The translations under genes were made by a program, and so were the position numbers. This document shows positions 53,355-64,000 of a stretch of 64,000 bases of DNA, one piece after another. Source of the DNA: an uncultured Chloroflexia bacterium (GTDB taxonomy: Bacteria; Chloroflexota; Anaerolineae; B4-G1; SLSP01); contig CAVVUS010000048.1 in assembly GCA_963751345.1 (NCBI GenBank), positions 1 through 64,000 of the forward strand. Reading direction: 5' to 3'. Numbering within the stretch: the first letter of the stretch is position 1; each line of letters starts with the position of its first letter. The notes below the pieces were generated by a model. The model did no database searches, had not been told where the DNA came from, and was given only the letters and a program-made list of their open reading frames with translations.

Positions 53355-56078
53355 ATGACCCATCGCACCGAGCCCAGCAGAGACGGAACCTACCGGATCA
53401 TTGGCCTAGCCTTGGTGGTTCTCCTATTCTGTATCTTCTCGCCGGCGTTTGCCCGCCTCTACACGGAGATCGCCTGGTTCCGGAGCCTGGATCTGACGCA
53501 GATCTGGCTGACCCGGTTCGGCGCCGGAGCTATGCTTGCCGGCGTCGCGATGGTCGTGAGCATCGCCTTCCTATTGCTGAACTGGAGCTTGATCCCCCAA
53601 TGGATCGCCCCAATGGCGCGTCTCGTGACCCAGGTCTCCTTCACACCACGAACGGTCCAGGGCAACGGCCGGGGCAACCAACCCCAGCGCCAGCAGGTCG
53701 AAATCCCAACCCGCCCGTTCAAGTTGCTCTTCACCCTGGGCGCCATCCTCGCCGGGGCGATCCTGGGGTTCTCGTTCAACACTCTATGGCGCACCTACCT
53801 TGTCGCACGCGAGGCCGTGCCCTTCGGACTGGCCGATCCGATCTTCGGCCGGGACGCAAGCTTCTACGTCTTCCAGCTTCCCTGGTACAGCGCGCTGCTA
53901 GGCAGACTCCAGATCCTCATCGCGCTCGCCTTTCTGGGCGTGCTCGCACGTTTCGCCGTCTTCGGCCAGATCCGCTCCCGCGGCGTGACCGCGCACCTGT
54001 CGCTCCTTGGCAGCGCCTGGCTGGCCCTTATGGGCGTTGAGAGACTCCTGGGCAGGTTGGCGCTCCTACAAACAAACGGCGGCGTGGTCTTTGGCGCCGG
54101 ATATGCCGACATACACGCGCGGCTGCCGATCTATACCATCCAGGCTGTCCTCTTCTTCGCCGCAGCCGCCACCCTGATCGTGAACCTCTTCGTACGCCAA
54201 TGGAAGCTGCTGGTCGGCATCGGCCTCTTCTGGCTGGGCCTCACCATCGTAGCCCCGCTCTACCCGAGTTTCGTCCAGCAGTTCAAAGTCGAGCCGAATG
54301 AGTTCATCCTGGAGCGCCCCTACATTGAACACAACATCACGTTCACGCGATACGCCTACGGGCTCGACCGGATCGCGGAGCAGGACTTCTCCGGCGCCGG
54401 CGTACTGACGGCCCAGGATCTCGAGGCCAGCGCCGACGTGCTCAACAACGTGCGGTTGTGGGATTACCGGCCACTCCTCAGGACCTTCGGTCAACTGCAG
54501 GAGATCAGGCTCTACTACAGCTTTGACGACGTCGACGTCGACCGCTACCAGATCAACAGCGGTTTGACCCAGGTGATGCTTGCCGCCCGCGAGCTGGACG
54601 TCGACGAGCTCGCCGATCAGGCACAGACCTGGGTCAACCGGCACCTCCTTTTCACACACGGCTACGGGATGGCCCTCAGTTCGGTGAACGCCGTGACAGC
54701 GGAGGGGCTGCCCGATCTCCTCGTTCGTGACCTTCCGCCCGTCAGTGAGGACCCGGTGCTGCAGATCGACCGGCCTGGGATCTACTTCGGCGAGAAAACC
54801 CGTGAGTACGCATTGGTCAACGCCTCAGAGGACGAGTTCGACTATCCTCAGGGCGACGCCAACGTCTATGCCCGCTACTCGGGGCCGGACGGCGTCCGGC
54901 TGGGCGGCGTCATCCAGCGCGCGCTGCTTGCCACGCGCTTCGGCAGCACCCAACTACTCGTCTCATCGGCGCTCTCCAGTGAGAGCCGTATCCTCTTTCA
55001 CCGTACCATCCAGGACCGGGCCGCGACGATCGCGCCTATGCTGATGTACGACAGTGATCCCTACCCCGTGATCGACGATGGGAAGCTGGTCTGGCTGATG
55101 GATGCTTACACCTGGTCGGACCACTTTCCGTACTCTCAGCCCATGGGCGGGCTCAACTACATGCGCAACAGCGTGAAGGTGACGATAGACGCCTACACGG
55201 GCACCATCCACTTCTACCTCATTGATCCGACAGATCCCGTCGCCGCGACCTATGCCAAGATCTTTCCGGGCCTCTTCGAGCCCGCAGACGCGATGCCGGC
55301 TTCACTGCGCGCACACTGGCGTTATCCCGAGACGCTCTTCCTCACCCAGTCCGAGCTCTACGCGACCTACCACATGCGCGACCCCCAGGTCTTCTACAAT
55401 CGCGAGGATCTCTGGGACGTGCCGCAGGAACTCGTTGAGACATCCCAGCAGGCGATGGAGCCCTACTACGTCACGATGCGCCTGCCCGGATCCGACGACC
55501 TCGAATTCATGCTCATCCGCCCCTACGTGCCAAGCCAGAAGCAGAACATGGTCGCGTGGCTGTTCGCACGATGCGATGGCGAGCACTACGGTGAGTTGGG
55601 CGTCTTCAAGCTGTCGAAGGACCGCCTGATCTACGGCCCGCTGCAGATCGAGGGCCGCATCGACCAGGAGCCGTCGATCTCACAGCAGCTCTCGCTGTGG
55701 AACCAGCGAGGATCGCGGGTCCTCCGCGGCAACCTCCTCGTGATCCCGCTGAACGATGCCTTCCTCTACGTCGAGCCACTCTACCTCGAGGCCGAGTCCG
55801 GCCAGTTGCCGCAGCTGGTCCGCGTCATCGCGGCCTATCGCGACGGCGTGGTGATGGGCCCCACACTCGCGGACGCGCTGCTGCAGCTCTTTGGTGAAAG
55901 CAGCACAGGTGGTACCGCCCCGCCTCCAGAAGGCACCGCGTTGGGTGAGCTGGCGACAGAGGCCTGGAATCACTACCAGGCTGCCCAGGCGTGCCTCACG
56001 GCCGGCGATTGGACGTGCTACGGTGCGGAGCAGCAGCAACTGGAGCAGATCCTCAAGCAGATGGTGGGTGAGCAATGA
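53355..56078 (+). CDS. UPF0182 family membrane protein
   Basis: DPIFGRDASFYVFQLP, GAGYAD, NVRLWD, YYSF..VDVDRY, HLLFTHGYG, NYMRNSVK, GNLLVIP..YVEPLY. Confidence 0.93.
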   Translation: MTHRTEPSRDGTYRIIGLALVVLLFCIFSPAFARLYTEIAWFRSLDLTQIWLTRFGAGAMLAGVAMVVSIAFLLLNWSLIPQWIAPMARLVTQVSFTPRTVQGNGRGNQPQRQQVEIPTRPFKLLFTLGAILAGAILGFSFNTLWRTYLVAREAVPFGLADPIFGRDASFYVFQLPWYSALLGRLQILIALAFLGVLARFAVFGQIRSRGVTAHLSLLGSAWLALMGVERLLGRLALLQTNGGVVFGAGYADIHARLPIYTIQAVLFFAAAATLIVNLFVRQWKLLVGIGLFWLGLTIVAPLYPSFVQQFKVEPNEFILERPYIEHNITFTRYAYGLDRIAEQDFSGAGVLTAQDLEASADVLNNVRLWDYRPLLRTFGQLQEIRLYYSFDDVDVDRYQINSGLTQVMLAARELDVDELADQAQTWVNRHLLFTHGYGMALSSVNAVTAEGLPDLLVRDLPPVSEDPVLQIDRPGIYFGEKTREYALVNASEDEFDYPQGDANVYARYSGPDGVRLGGVIQRALLATRFGSTQLLVSSALSSESRILFHRTIQDRAATIAPMLMYDSDPYPVIDDGKLVWLMDAYTWSDHFPYSQPMGGLNYMRNSVKVTIDAYTGTIHFYLIDPTDPVAATYAKIFPGLFEPADAMPASLRAHWRYPETLFLTQSELYATYHMRDPQVFYNREDLWDVPQELVETSQQAMEPYYVTMRLPGSDDLEFMLIRPYVPSQKQNMVAWLFARCDGEHYGELGVFKLSKDRLIYGPLQIEGRIDQEPSISQQLSLWNQRGSRVLRGNLLVIPLNDAFLYVEPLYLEAESGQLPQLVRVIAAYRDGVVMGPTLADALLQLFGESSTGGTAPPPEGTALGELATEAWNHYQAAQACLTAGDWTCYGAEQQQLEQILKQMVGEQ

Positions 56079-56174
56079 CAAAGCTCGTAGCAACCGATTT
56101 ATCGGTTCCGGGTCTTTCTCGTCGCACAAACAGAACGACTGAAGTCGTTACTACGAACCGGGCAATAGTGTCCC

Positions 56175-57389
56175 ATGCCTGACCCCCGCGTGACGCTCAA
56201 GCCGCGTAGGGATGCCTCCGTCCTGCGCCGCCACCCGTGGATCTTCTCGGGAGCCATCGGCAAGGTACAGGGCGAACCCGCACCCGGCGCCCTGGTCGCC
56301 GTCCTTGACAGTAAGGGCGCCTTCCTGGCATGGGGGCACTACAGCCCCGAATCCCAGATCCGGGTCCGCCTCGTCTCGTGGGTCGAATCAGACGCGCCTG
56401 ACACGCCCGCCTTCTGGCGCGGTCGCCTCGCTCGCGCCATCGAGCTCCGACGCCCGCTTCGCGAGGACCCGACCACCACGGCGTATCGCCTCGTGTTTGC
56501 CGAGTCCGATGGCGTTCCCGGGCTGATTGTCGATCAATATGCTGACGCCGTCGTGGTCCAGGTCCTAACCGTGGGTATCGAGGCGCGGCGCGAGATGCTC
56601 GCCAACGTCCTCTGGGATCTCTTGGAGCCCCGCACCCTCTACGAGCGCAGCGACGTCGACGTTCGGGAGCGAGAGGGGCTTGAGGGTCGCACCGGACTGC
56701 TGCGCGGAGAGATGCCGGCATCTCGCACTGAGATCCTGCAGGATGCCATTCCCTACGTCGTGGATGTCCTCCGGGGACACAAGACCGGCTTCTATCTCGA
56801 CCAACACGACAACCGCAGGCGCTTCTCGCAGATGGTGGCTGCCTATGGGGATCCGGACTCGCGGATGCTCAACGTCTTCGCATACAGCGGAGCGTTCACC
56901 GTCTGCGGGCTCTCCCACGGCATTGCCGCCGCCGTGAACGTCGACTCCTCTGCCGGCGCGCTGGCACTGGGGCAGGAGAACTTGGCACTCAACAGGCTAG
57001 ATCCCTCGCGGGTGCAGGATATATCCGGCGATGCCTTCAAGGTACTTCGACAGCTGAGGGGCGACGAGCAGGCGTTTGACGTCATTGTCGTCGATCCCCC
57101 TAAGTTCGCGTTCACACAGCGCGACGTCCAGCGGGCGGCCCGCGGCTACAAGGACATCAACATGCAGGCCATCCACCTGCTCAAGCCCGGCGGCTTGCTC
57201 TTCACCTTCTCCTGCTCGGGCGCGGTCTCCGACGATCTCTTCCAGAAGATCATCTTCGGCGCCGCGCTCGATACAGACAGAGACGTCCAGATCATCGGTC
57301 GGCTCAGCCAGGGAAGCGACCATCCCGTCGCGCTCACCTTCCCCGAAGGCGCCTATCTGAAGGGCTTGATCTGCCGAGCTGTAGTGTAG
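56175..57389 (+). CDS. rlmI: RlmI-family rRNA (m5C) methyltransferase (PUA + SAM)
   Basis: RHPWIFSG, ESDGVPGLIVD, GHKTGFYLDQ, VVDPPKF, TFSCS, DHP..YLKG. Confidence 0.88.
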   Translation: MPDPRVTLKPRRDASVLRRHPWIFSGAIGKVQGEPAPGALVAVLDSKGAFLAWGHYSPESQIRVRLVSWVESDAPDTPAFWRGRLARAIELRRPLREDPTTTAYRLVFAESDGVPGLIVDQYADAVVVQVLTVGIEARREMLANVLWDLLEPRTLYERSDVDVREREGLEGRTGLLRGEMPASRTEILQDAIPYVVDVLRGHKTGFYLDQHDNRRRFSQMVAAYGDPDSRMLNVFAYSGAFTVCGLSHGIAAAVNVDSSAGALALGQENLALNRLDPSRVQDISGDAFKVLRQLRGDEQAFDVIVVDPPKFAFTQRDVQRAARGYKDINMQAIHLLKPGGLLFTFSCSGAVSDDLFQKIIFGAALDTDRDVQIIGRLSQGSDHPVALTFPEGAYLKGLICRAVV

Positions 57390-57440
57390 TCGGTCGATGC
57401 GTGCGCCTAACCGAGCCCATACTCTCCAGGAGCATACCCA

Positions 57441-58112
57441 ATGACCGCTTTGAGAATCGTCGGCAAGGCCGCAGTCGCCTTCTACGAGGAGCTCTTGTTC
57501 TACTTTATCCTGGGGCTGGGGCACGCGCTCAGTTGGGTGCTCATCCTCCCCGGCCCCTTCGTCCTGGCGGGAGTCTACACCATCGGACAGAGGGCCGTTC
57601 GCGGCTTCGGCGTGAAGTGGTCGATCATCTGGGACGGCATCAAGCAGTTCGGGCTGCGGTCGTTGTTGCTCTTCTTTATCATCATCTTTGGCTACGGCAT
57701 GGTCGCGAGCAACCTCTGGTTCTATCACTCACCCAACGTCCCCTCCTTCGCCGCGTCGCTCGCCCCCTGGACGACGCCGCTCTTTATCGCGCTGGGCGTG
57801 CTATGGACCGGTGTCACCTTCTATGCCCAATCGTTCCTGATGGAGCTCGAGGAGCCGCGGATGCTTCTGGTCTTGCGCAACAGCCTCTTCCTGACCATCA
57901 TCAGGCCCTTCCAGACGCTCCTGTTCGTCGTGGTGTCCCTGCTCGTCCTCGGGCTCTCCGTCGCCGTGCCTCTGCTCCTACTCGTCTCGCCGGGCTTCGT
58001 CAGTGTGCTTTCGCTGACCGCCGTCCGGACACTCGTGACAGACCTTACCGAAAAGGCGGAGGCCAGAGAACAGAAGGAGGCAAACGAGGATGCCGAGAAC
58101 GCCACCCACTAG
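57441..58112 (+). CDS. Hypothetical integral membrane protein
   Basis: 4-5 TM helices; RBS AGGAG. Confidence 0.75.
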   Translation: MTALRIVGKAAVAFYEELLFYFILGLGHALSWVLILPGPFVLAGVYTIGQRAVRGFGVKWSIIWDGIKQFGLRSLLLFFIIIFGYGMVASNLWFYHSPNVPSFAASLAPWTTPLFIALGVLWTGVTFYAQSFLMELEEPRMLLVLRNSLFLTIIRPFQTLLFVVVSLLVLGLSVAVPLLLLVSPGFVSVLSLTAVRTLVTDLTEKAEAREQKEANEDAENATH

Positions 58113-58133
58113 GTGCCCTGCGGAGGCGCCCGA

Positions 58134-58589
58134 ATGACGACAAGCCCGCCTCGATACTGCTATGGCCACCCTCGACCCGCGCTCACGGCCGACATCGTGC
58201 TGCTAAGGGAGGGCGTGCAGCGCCCGGACGGTCCGGAAGTGCTGCTGATCCGGCGGGGCCATCCGCCCTTCGAGGGAACGTGGGCGCTGCCCGGCGGCTT
58301 CGTCGAGGAGGGCGAGTCCCCGCGGGTGGCTGCCCTACGCGAGCTCTCGGAGGAGACCGGCCTCACCGCAGCCGACCTTCACGAGGTCGGCGCATTCGGG
58401 GAGCCCGGGCGCGATCCGCGGGGCTGGACCGTCACCGTCGCATTCGCGGCGAGGGGAACCTTTGCAGATGCCGAACCGCTGGCCGGAGACGATGCCGCCG
58501 AAGCCCAATGGTGGCGAATCGACGCCCTGCCGCCCCTCGCCTTCGACCACGCTGAGATCATCGCGGCGGCGCTGCAGCGGGAGGGCTGA
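58134..58589 (+). CDS. NUDIX hydrolase (ADP-ribose pyrophosphatase-like)
   Basis: Nudix box GGFVEEGESPRVAALRELSEETG; RDPRG, GDDA, LAFDH. Confidence 0.92.
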   Translation: MTTSPPRYCYGHPRPALTADIVLLREGVQRPDGPEVLLIRRGHPPFEGTWALPGGFVEEGESPRVAALRELSEETGLTAADLHEVGAFGEPGRDPRGWTVTVAFAARGTFADAEPLAGDDAAEAQWWRIDALPPLAFDHAEIIAAALQREG

Positions 58590-59373
58590 GCCCGCACCCC
58601 CTCCGCTGCCTGGCCCCCTCGAACAGCAATATCCCGGCGGCGATCGCCGCGTTGAGCGACTCGGCCCCACGCGCCATCGGGATGTGCACGTACGACGCGC
58701 CTGCGCGTGCCTCCCTGCCGGCGCCGGCAGCTTCGCCCCCGATCACGAGCGCGACGTCGCCGCACCAGTCGGCATCGTCATAGGATTGCCCGCGACGGGC
58801 CTCGGCAACCAGCACACGGGCGTCCCCCACCCTATCCCAGATCTCATCCCAGCCGGCGCTCCGGATGGGCAGCCGAAAGTGCGCTCCCATCGCCGCGCGC
58901 ACAACCTTGGGATTCGTAGGGTCTGCCGTACCCGGAGGGAGCAGGACCTGGGTGACATCTGCAGCCCACGCCGTCCTGAGCATCGTCCCCAGGTTGCCCG
59001 GATCGCGCACCTGATCCGGTATCAGAGCATACTGCGGCCCACCACCAACCGCGAGATCCGGCAGCGGCAGGACGGCGAGTATCCCCTGCGGCGTAACCGT
59101 GTCGGACATCTCGCGCATCAGTTCGTCCGTCACCTCGACGACCACAGTCTCGCCGGCGAAGCCATCGACCAATCCAGGGGCCTCGTCGCCCGCCGCGAAC
59201 GCGGCGGTGACAAAGACCTCGACCGGTGTGATCGCCGATGCGCGCAGTTCCCCGACAAGTCGCGCCCCCTCAGCAACCATCAACCCCTCACGCAAACGAC
59301 GGCGGGTGCTGCGCTGGAGCGCAAGCACCCGCCGGACTCGATCGTTGTCGAGGCTACTTACGTGTATCATCAT
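58558..59373 (-). CDS. TrmH/SpoU family RNA 2'-O-methyltransferase
   Basis: DPGNLGTMLRTA, VVRAAMGA, IGGEAAG, IPM..ESLNAAIA. Confidence 0.92.
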   Translation of the reverse strand: MMIHVSSLDNDRVRRVLALQRSTRRRLREGLMVAEGARLVGELRASAITPVEVFVTAAFAAGDEAPGLVDGFAGETVVVEVTDELMREMSDTVTPQGILAVLPLPDLAVGGGPQYALIPDQVRDPGNLGTMLRTAWAADVTQVLLPPGTADPTNPKVVRAAMGAHFRLPIRSAGWDEIWDRVGDARVLVAEARRGQSYDDADWCGDVALVIGGEAAGAGREARAGASYVHIPMARGAESLNAAIAAGILLFEGARQRRGCGLSPPAAAPPR

Positions 59374-59413
59374 CCCCGATAGGCTAACTCATGTCCCCGC
59401 TGACGCGGATCGC

Positions 59414-60106
59414 CTAGGGAATGCAGATCTGTTGTCCTACATAGACGACCGACGGATTGGGGATGTTGTTGACCTGCGCCAGGTAGTACTGGCTGAAATT
59501 GTAGCGCAGCGCGATCCGGAACAGGTTATCGCCGGGTTGCACGACGTAGACGGTCTGGCATCCCGTGGGGACCGAAGGCGGCGTGGTGGGTGAAGTACTG
59601 CCGCCCGCCGGGATCGTCAACGTCTGGCCCACGCTGATCAGGCCGGGGTTGGTGATGTTGTTTGCCTGCGCGAGCGCCTCCGGCGACAAATTATACTTCA
59701 GGGCAATCCGGAAGAGATTATCGCCGGGCTGCACGACGTAGGTCGTCGGACCGCCGCTCGTGACCTCGGCTGTCGGTGCGGGCGTGGGCTCAGCGGTCTC
59801 CTCGGTTGCCGGTGCCTGATCGACGGTAGGTGCCGTCGTGGCTGTGGGCTCCACGGTCGGCTCCAGCGTTGGCTCCTCGGTCGCCATCGGCGTCGCCTCA
59901 TCACTCGGAGCCACTGTTGTGAGGGGGGACAACGACTCACCGCCCTGGTCGCTGTTCTCCTGCGCCTCCTGCATCGCAGCGGTGGCTTCCTCCTCAGGGG
60001 TTAGCTCGCCAATAGGTGGGGCGGCTGACCTGCGACAGCCCCCCAAGAAGGCAGTGAGAATCATCAGACCGACCAGTATTACGGCTAGGGGTTTACGGCC
60101 CATCAC
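59414..60106 (-). CDS. LysM-domain lipoprotein (two LysM domains)
   Basis: Lipobox LGG-C; Thr/Pro/Glu linker; two YVVQPGDNLFRIAL repeats. Confidence 0.92.
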   Translation of the reverse strand: MMGRKPLAVILVGLMILTAFLGGCRRSAAPPIGELTPEEEATAAMQEAQENSDQGGESLSPLTTVAPSDEATPMATEEPTLEPTVEPTATTAPTVDQAPATEETAEPTPAPTAEVTSGGPTTYVVQPGDNLFRIALKYNLSPEALAQANNITNPGLISVGQTLTIPAGGSTSPTTPPSVPTGCQTVYVVQPGDNLFRIALRYNFSQYYLAQVNNIPNPSVVYVGQQICIP

Positions 60107-60244
60107 AACGCTCCTTTCACGAAGGTTTGTTTCTGATTATACAAATAAAGGTGGCTTCGTGCAAACCCAAATAACGATACGAGAATTATACTACCATTCA
60201 CATGATCCGCGCAAGCCCCACACGTGCAATGTCCCCGCGATTTC

Positions 60245-60272
60245 TTGACGAAACAGGCCCACGCCATATAAT
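60245..60272 (+). promoter_or_regulatory. Sigma70-type promoter of efp
   Basis: TTGACG-N16-TATAAT, followed by AGGAGG RBS. Confidence 0.7.
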
Positions 60273-60301
60273 GGTGGTTCAGGACAGAGTCAGGAGGCCT
60301 C

Positions 60302-60859
60302 ATGATCGATGCCAATGAGCTGCGCAAAGGAACCACGTTCTTACTGGACGGCGATCTGTACGAAGTGCTGGAGTATCAACACTACAAGCCCGGACGGGGC
60401 AACGCCATTATCCGCACCAAAATCCGCAACATGCGGACCGGTAGCATTATCCCCAAGAACTTCCTCAACGGCCAACGTTTTGAGGAAGCTCAGGTCGAGC
60501 GACTGACCGGCCAGTACCTCTACACGGACGGTGACTCCTTCTACTTCATGGACTCCGGTACCTACGAACAATACCGTGTGAGCCGCGATCTGGTGGGCGA
60601 CCAGGCCGGCTTTCTCAAGGACGGTATGGAGGTCGCCCTCACCGTCTACGAGAATGAGGTGATGGGAATAGACTTGCCGGCCTCGATCGAGCTCGAGGTC
60701 GTCCAGACGGAGATGGCCGTGGCGGGCGACACCGCCACAGGAGCCAGCAAGACGATCGTGTGCGAGACCGGCCTGGAAGTACAGGTTCCGCTCTTCATCA
60801 ACGTCGGCGACGTGATCAGGGTGGACACGGCCAAAGGCGAATACCAGACCCGCGTGTGA
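60302..60859 (+). CDS. efp: Translation elongation factor P
   Basis: ANELRKG, HYKPGRGNA, QYLY, FMD..YEQ, GDTA, ETG..VQVPLFI. Confidence 0.97.
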   Translation: MIDANELRKGTTFLLDGDLYEVLEYQHYKPGRGNAIIRTKIRNMRTGSIIPKNFLNGQRFEEAQVERLTGQYLYTDGDSFYFMDSGTYEQYRVSRDLVGDQAGFLKDGMEVALTVYENEVMGIDLPASIELEVVQTEMAVAGDTATGASKTIVCETGLEVQVPLFINVGDVIRVDTAKGEYQTRV

Positions 60860-60975
60860 CCGGCCTGCCTGCCGCCAGACATTTCCATAGGTTCACGTCA
60901 GCGGTGCGGCGCATCCGACTTGAGGCGCCGCACTAATGCTGCTACCGGCTCGATGGCGCACTTAGGAGGAGTGGG

Positions 60976-62494
60976 GTGACCGACGTGACGCGACCTTTCA
61001 TCGCTGTGCCCTCTTGGCCGCTCCGCGCCATCGGCCATCTGCTGCCGGAGACCGCGATCTGGCTGGCCGGCGGGGCTGTGCGCGACCTGCTCCTCCATCG
61101 GGTGCCGCATGATTGGGATCTGGTCCTTCCGGGGTCCGGACTGGGAATTGCGCGGCGGGTCGCCAACGCCCTCGGCGGCGCTTACTATGCCCTCGACCAC
61201 GAGCGCGGAACGGGACGTGCCATCGTCAAACATCCGGCGTCCGGAGAGACGGCGACGATCGACTTCGCGGCCATGCGGGGTGTGGACATCGACGAAGACC
61301 TCCGCACACGCGATTTCACCATCAACGCGATGGCGCTCACTCTGGACGGATGCATCGTCGATCCGACCGGAGGGCAGGCGGATCTGGCAATCGGCAGACT
61401 CAGGATGGTAAGCCCCACATGCTTTCAGGACGACCCTGTGCGGTTGCTGCGGGCGATCCGCTTGTCGATGCAGTTGGCCTTGGTCATCGAACGTGAGACC
61501 GACAGCCCGCATCCGCGCGGAGGCGGAGAGCATCCTAGACGTCGCCTCTGAGCGCGTCCGCGCGGAGCTGATGATCCTGCTGTCGCTACCGGCCGCTCCC
61601 GAGGGGGTGCTGAGACTCCTTGAGGTCGGGCTTCTCCCGCTCGTGCTACCGGAGGCTGTGACCGCAGGTGACGCGGATGCGGTGCCCGCGGCGGCTACGC
61701 TAGCGCAGGTATCGCACATCGACGCAGCCATAACGGGAGACGGCTCTGCCACGCCGCACGCAACTAGGGGTTCCTCGGGACTGCGTGAGCTTGCTCTGTC
61801 GCGCGAGCATAGGTCCCGTCTGGCGCCCTACCTCGCCCACCAGGTCGGCAGCGAGACGACGCGAGCCGACCTACTGCGCTGGGCAGCGCTCTTCTCCGAC
61901 GCTCCTACTATTGAGCTCGGCACAGGCGCAGGCCGGCGCGGAAGCGGCCCGGCTGGCGGAGGCAAGGATGGCGGAGCTCCACTTCTCCAGAAACGAAATG
62001 GCGTTCGTCCGCCTGACGCTCATCGGGCAGGATGCCTTCCAGGCGCTCCTGGGCGCGGAGGGTGCGAGTTCGGCCGTCATGGCCAGGCGCCCACGGCGCT
62101 GTCACGGCGCCGAGCCGGCGCATGGCCTTCCGCTATTTCCAGACCACAGCGTGACGCAGGGATCGCGGCTGCGCTCCTCTTTCTCGCACGTACGCGAGCC
62201 CACGTTACACCATCCGAGGAACCGGAGGCATGGTCTCCCGCCATCGTCGTGGCCACAGCACTCTTCGAGGCCTACTTCGAGCACCGGGAGGAGATCGTCG
62301 ATCCTCCGCTGCTCCTCTCAGGAGACGACGTGATGGCGATGGGCGTCCCCCAGGGGCCGCTGGTCGGCCGGCTCCTCGTGATGCTCCGCGAGGCCCAGGC
62401 AGCCGGCGAGGTCGTTTCCGTCGCCGGCGCAGATGCGCTGATCCGCCAAGCCCTGTCCTGCAGCGTGCCCGCGGAGGGCTCTCGTGAGCGCTGA
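60976..62494 (+). CDS. tRNA nucleotidyltransferase (CCA/CC-adding family; frameshifts)
   Basis: GGAVRD..DWDL, RDFTINA, DPTGG..DL, DDPVRLLRAIR, ERVRAEL, LLSGDDVM..GPLVG. Confidence 0.87.
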
Positions 62495-63996
62495 TCTGCA
62501 CGCTATGGACCGCGCAGACGCGGCGCAGGACCCTACACCTGCGACACGCAGGCCTGCGCAGAGCGGGCTGGCTCTGTGCAGGCCTGCTAAGCCTGCTCTG
62601 TGCCGCCCCGCTGCTGGGATGCCAACCGATTGAGCCCTCTGCGACGCCGACGGCGACGCGCACGCCGATCCTGCCCACGTCCACGCCCACACCGCCACCC
62701 ACCGCAACGCCCACGCCCACCGCGACGCCGACCCTGACCCCCTCCCCCACGCTCCCTCCCGGCCTCGTGCTGCCGCTCCAGCCGTCACGCGCCGAGGCCT
62801 GCCCGCCGCTCCCGACCGATCTCTACTTTCTGCGCAGCGGCGACCTCTGGGTGTGCCTCGCTGAGGGGGGCACGCTCGACAGCGTGGCGGTTGCACCGGA
62901 TGCGCAGGGGAAGGAGATTGTCGCCTACCGCGTGACGCCGGACCAGCAGAGGATTGCCTACGTGACCGATGCGGGCGAGCTCTACGTCCTCGACCGGGCC
63001 ACAAGGGAACACACACGGCTGCCCACCGCGGGAAGGTTGGTTGACGCACTCGGCACCTACTTCGAGATCACCGCCGATGGCAGTACCGTGATCTATCTGG
63101 CCTGGGGCGTGCAGGCAGGGAGCGGGCCTGCCCTCGAGGAAGCCGGAAGCGGCGTGCTGTTGGCCGCATCGGTGGACACGCCGACCCTGCGAGCAGCAGG
63201 AGTTAGGGCCTTGCCGTGGAACGCCTACCACCCCATGCCGGGGCTTCTCTCTATCTCCCGACGAAAGCGCACTCGCCGCTGTCGACCGCCAGGGCTTGTG
63301 GTTGATCGATCGAGCGGCGCCGGAGACCCCGAGGCTGCTCGGCCACACCGAGAACTCCGCGATCGACGTCCGGTCCTGGGCACCGGATGGGCGCTGGCTG
63401 CTGGTAGAGGTCGCCGGGGATGGCGGCCCCGCGCTGGCGCTGGTTTCGACGGAAGCCGAGGATCAGCGTTATCGACGCGTCACCCCTGTGCCCCGAAACG
63501 CCCTGCTCCATTGGCACGGCGTGGGCCGCGACGGAGGATGGGACCCCGGAACTGTGGGTGACCTACGACACCGGCACCCATGGCTGCGCGGCCCACGTGG
63601 CGTGGGATCTGGAGCGCAGTGTTGCGCCCGTGACCGCCGACTGCCTGGCGGCAACCGCACCGCTCCACCCGCGCGCGCCCTTCGCCGGCGGCGACTTCCT
63701 CCCCCCGGGTGCCGGCATGGCCTTTCTGCAGGGAGGCATTCCCGGGCTGACGGACGGTGTCTATGCCCTCGGCGACGATGGCTATCTGATCCCCATTGCG
63801 CTCCTCCTGCAGGGCGCCGGCTATCCGGACGCCCCTGACGGGCTCCTGTGGTCGCACAACGGTGCGGCATTCCTGGTTGTGGATCCGGCACGGCGCTCCC
63901 GCGCGTCTGGGCGTGATCCCCCTGCTCGCCTTCTGGGACGTCGGCGATCTGCTCGCGGGTGCTCACAGCCTGACCTGGGCGGAGATGAGACCATGA
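62484..63996 (+). CDS. Pro/Thr-linker lipoprotein with TolB-like beta-propeller (frameshifts)
   Basis: LLG-C lipobox near 62620, PT repeat linker 62640-62760, TPDQQRIAY and WAPDGRWLLV blades. Confidence 0.7.
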
Positions 63997-64000
63997 CGAC

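Noticed and set aside
62640-62760. ACGCCC-type tandem repeats
   Set aside because: Explained by an ordinary Pro/Thr linker of the lipoprotein

Overview
A 64 kb high-GC bacterial chromosomal segment that reads like Chloroflexota (Anaerolineae-type): YYY/DUF2298 membrane protein, lamin-tail/PLD secreted protein, many Ser/Thr kinase, FHA and vWA genes, Pro/Thr-linker lipoproteins. It holds about 42 protein genes and two tRNAs. I found no CRISPR, prophage or transposase. More than a dozen genes are broken by single-base frameshifts, most simply explained as uncorrected long-read errors, so they are annotated as single genes. Best candidate for a new system: a head-to-head pair of Elp3 and a methyltransferase carrying Trm9/ALKBH8 family motifs (29006-31504), suggesting a eukaryote/archaea-type cm5U to mcm5U wobble-uridine pathway in a bacterium. 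Other highlights: a probable chromosomal dif site (33020-33047) near a perfect 32-bp palindrome with overlapping LexA-type boxes; a 30-aa leader peptide ending in PPG plus an attenuator-like structure upstream of a heterodimeric ABC exporter; two families of palindromic repeats inserted in coding sequence; a kinase-PQQ/J-domain-vWA/FHA/response-regulator operon; a thioester-less alpha-2-macroglobulin; a GlgA homologue with altered active-site motifs; a probable CC-adding enzyme; and an in-frame TAG in smpB. Reference motifs are quoted from memory and no searches were run.
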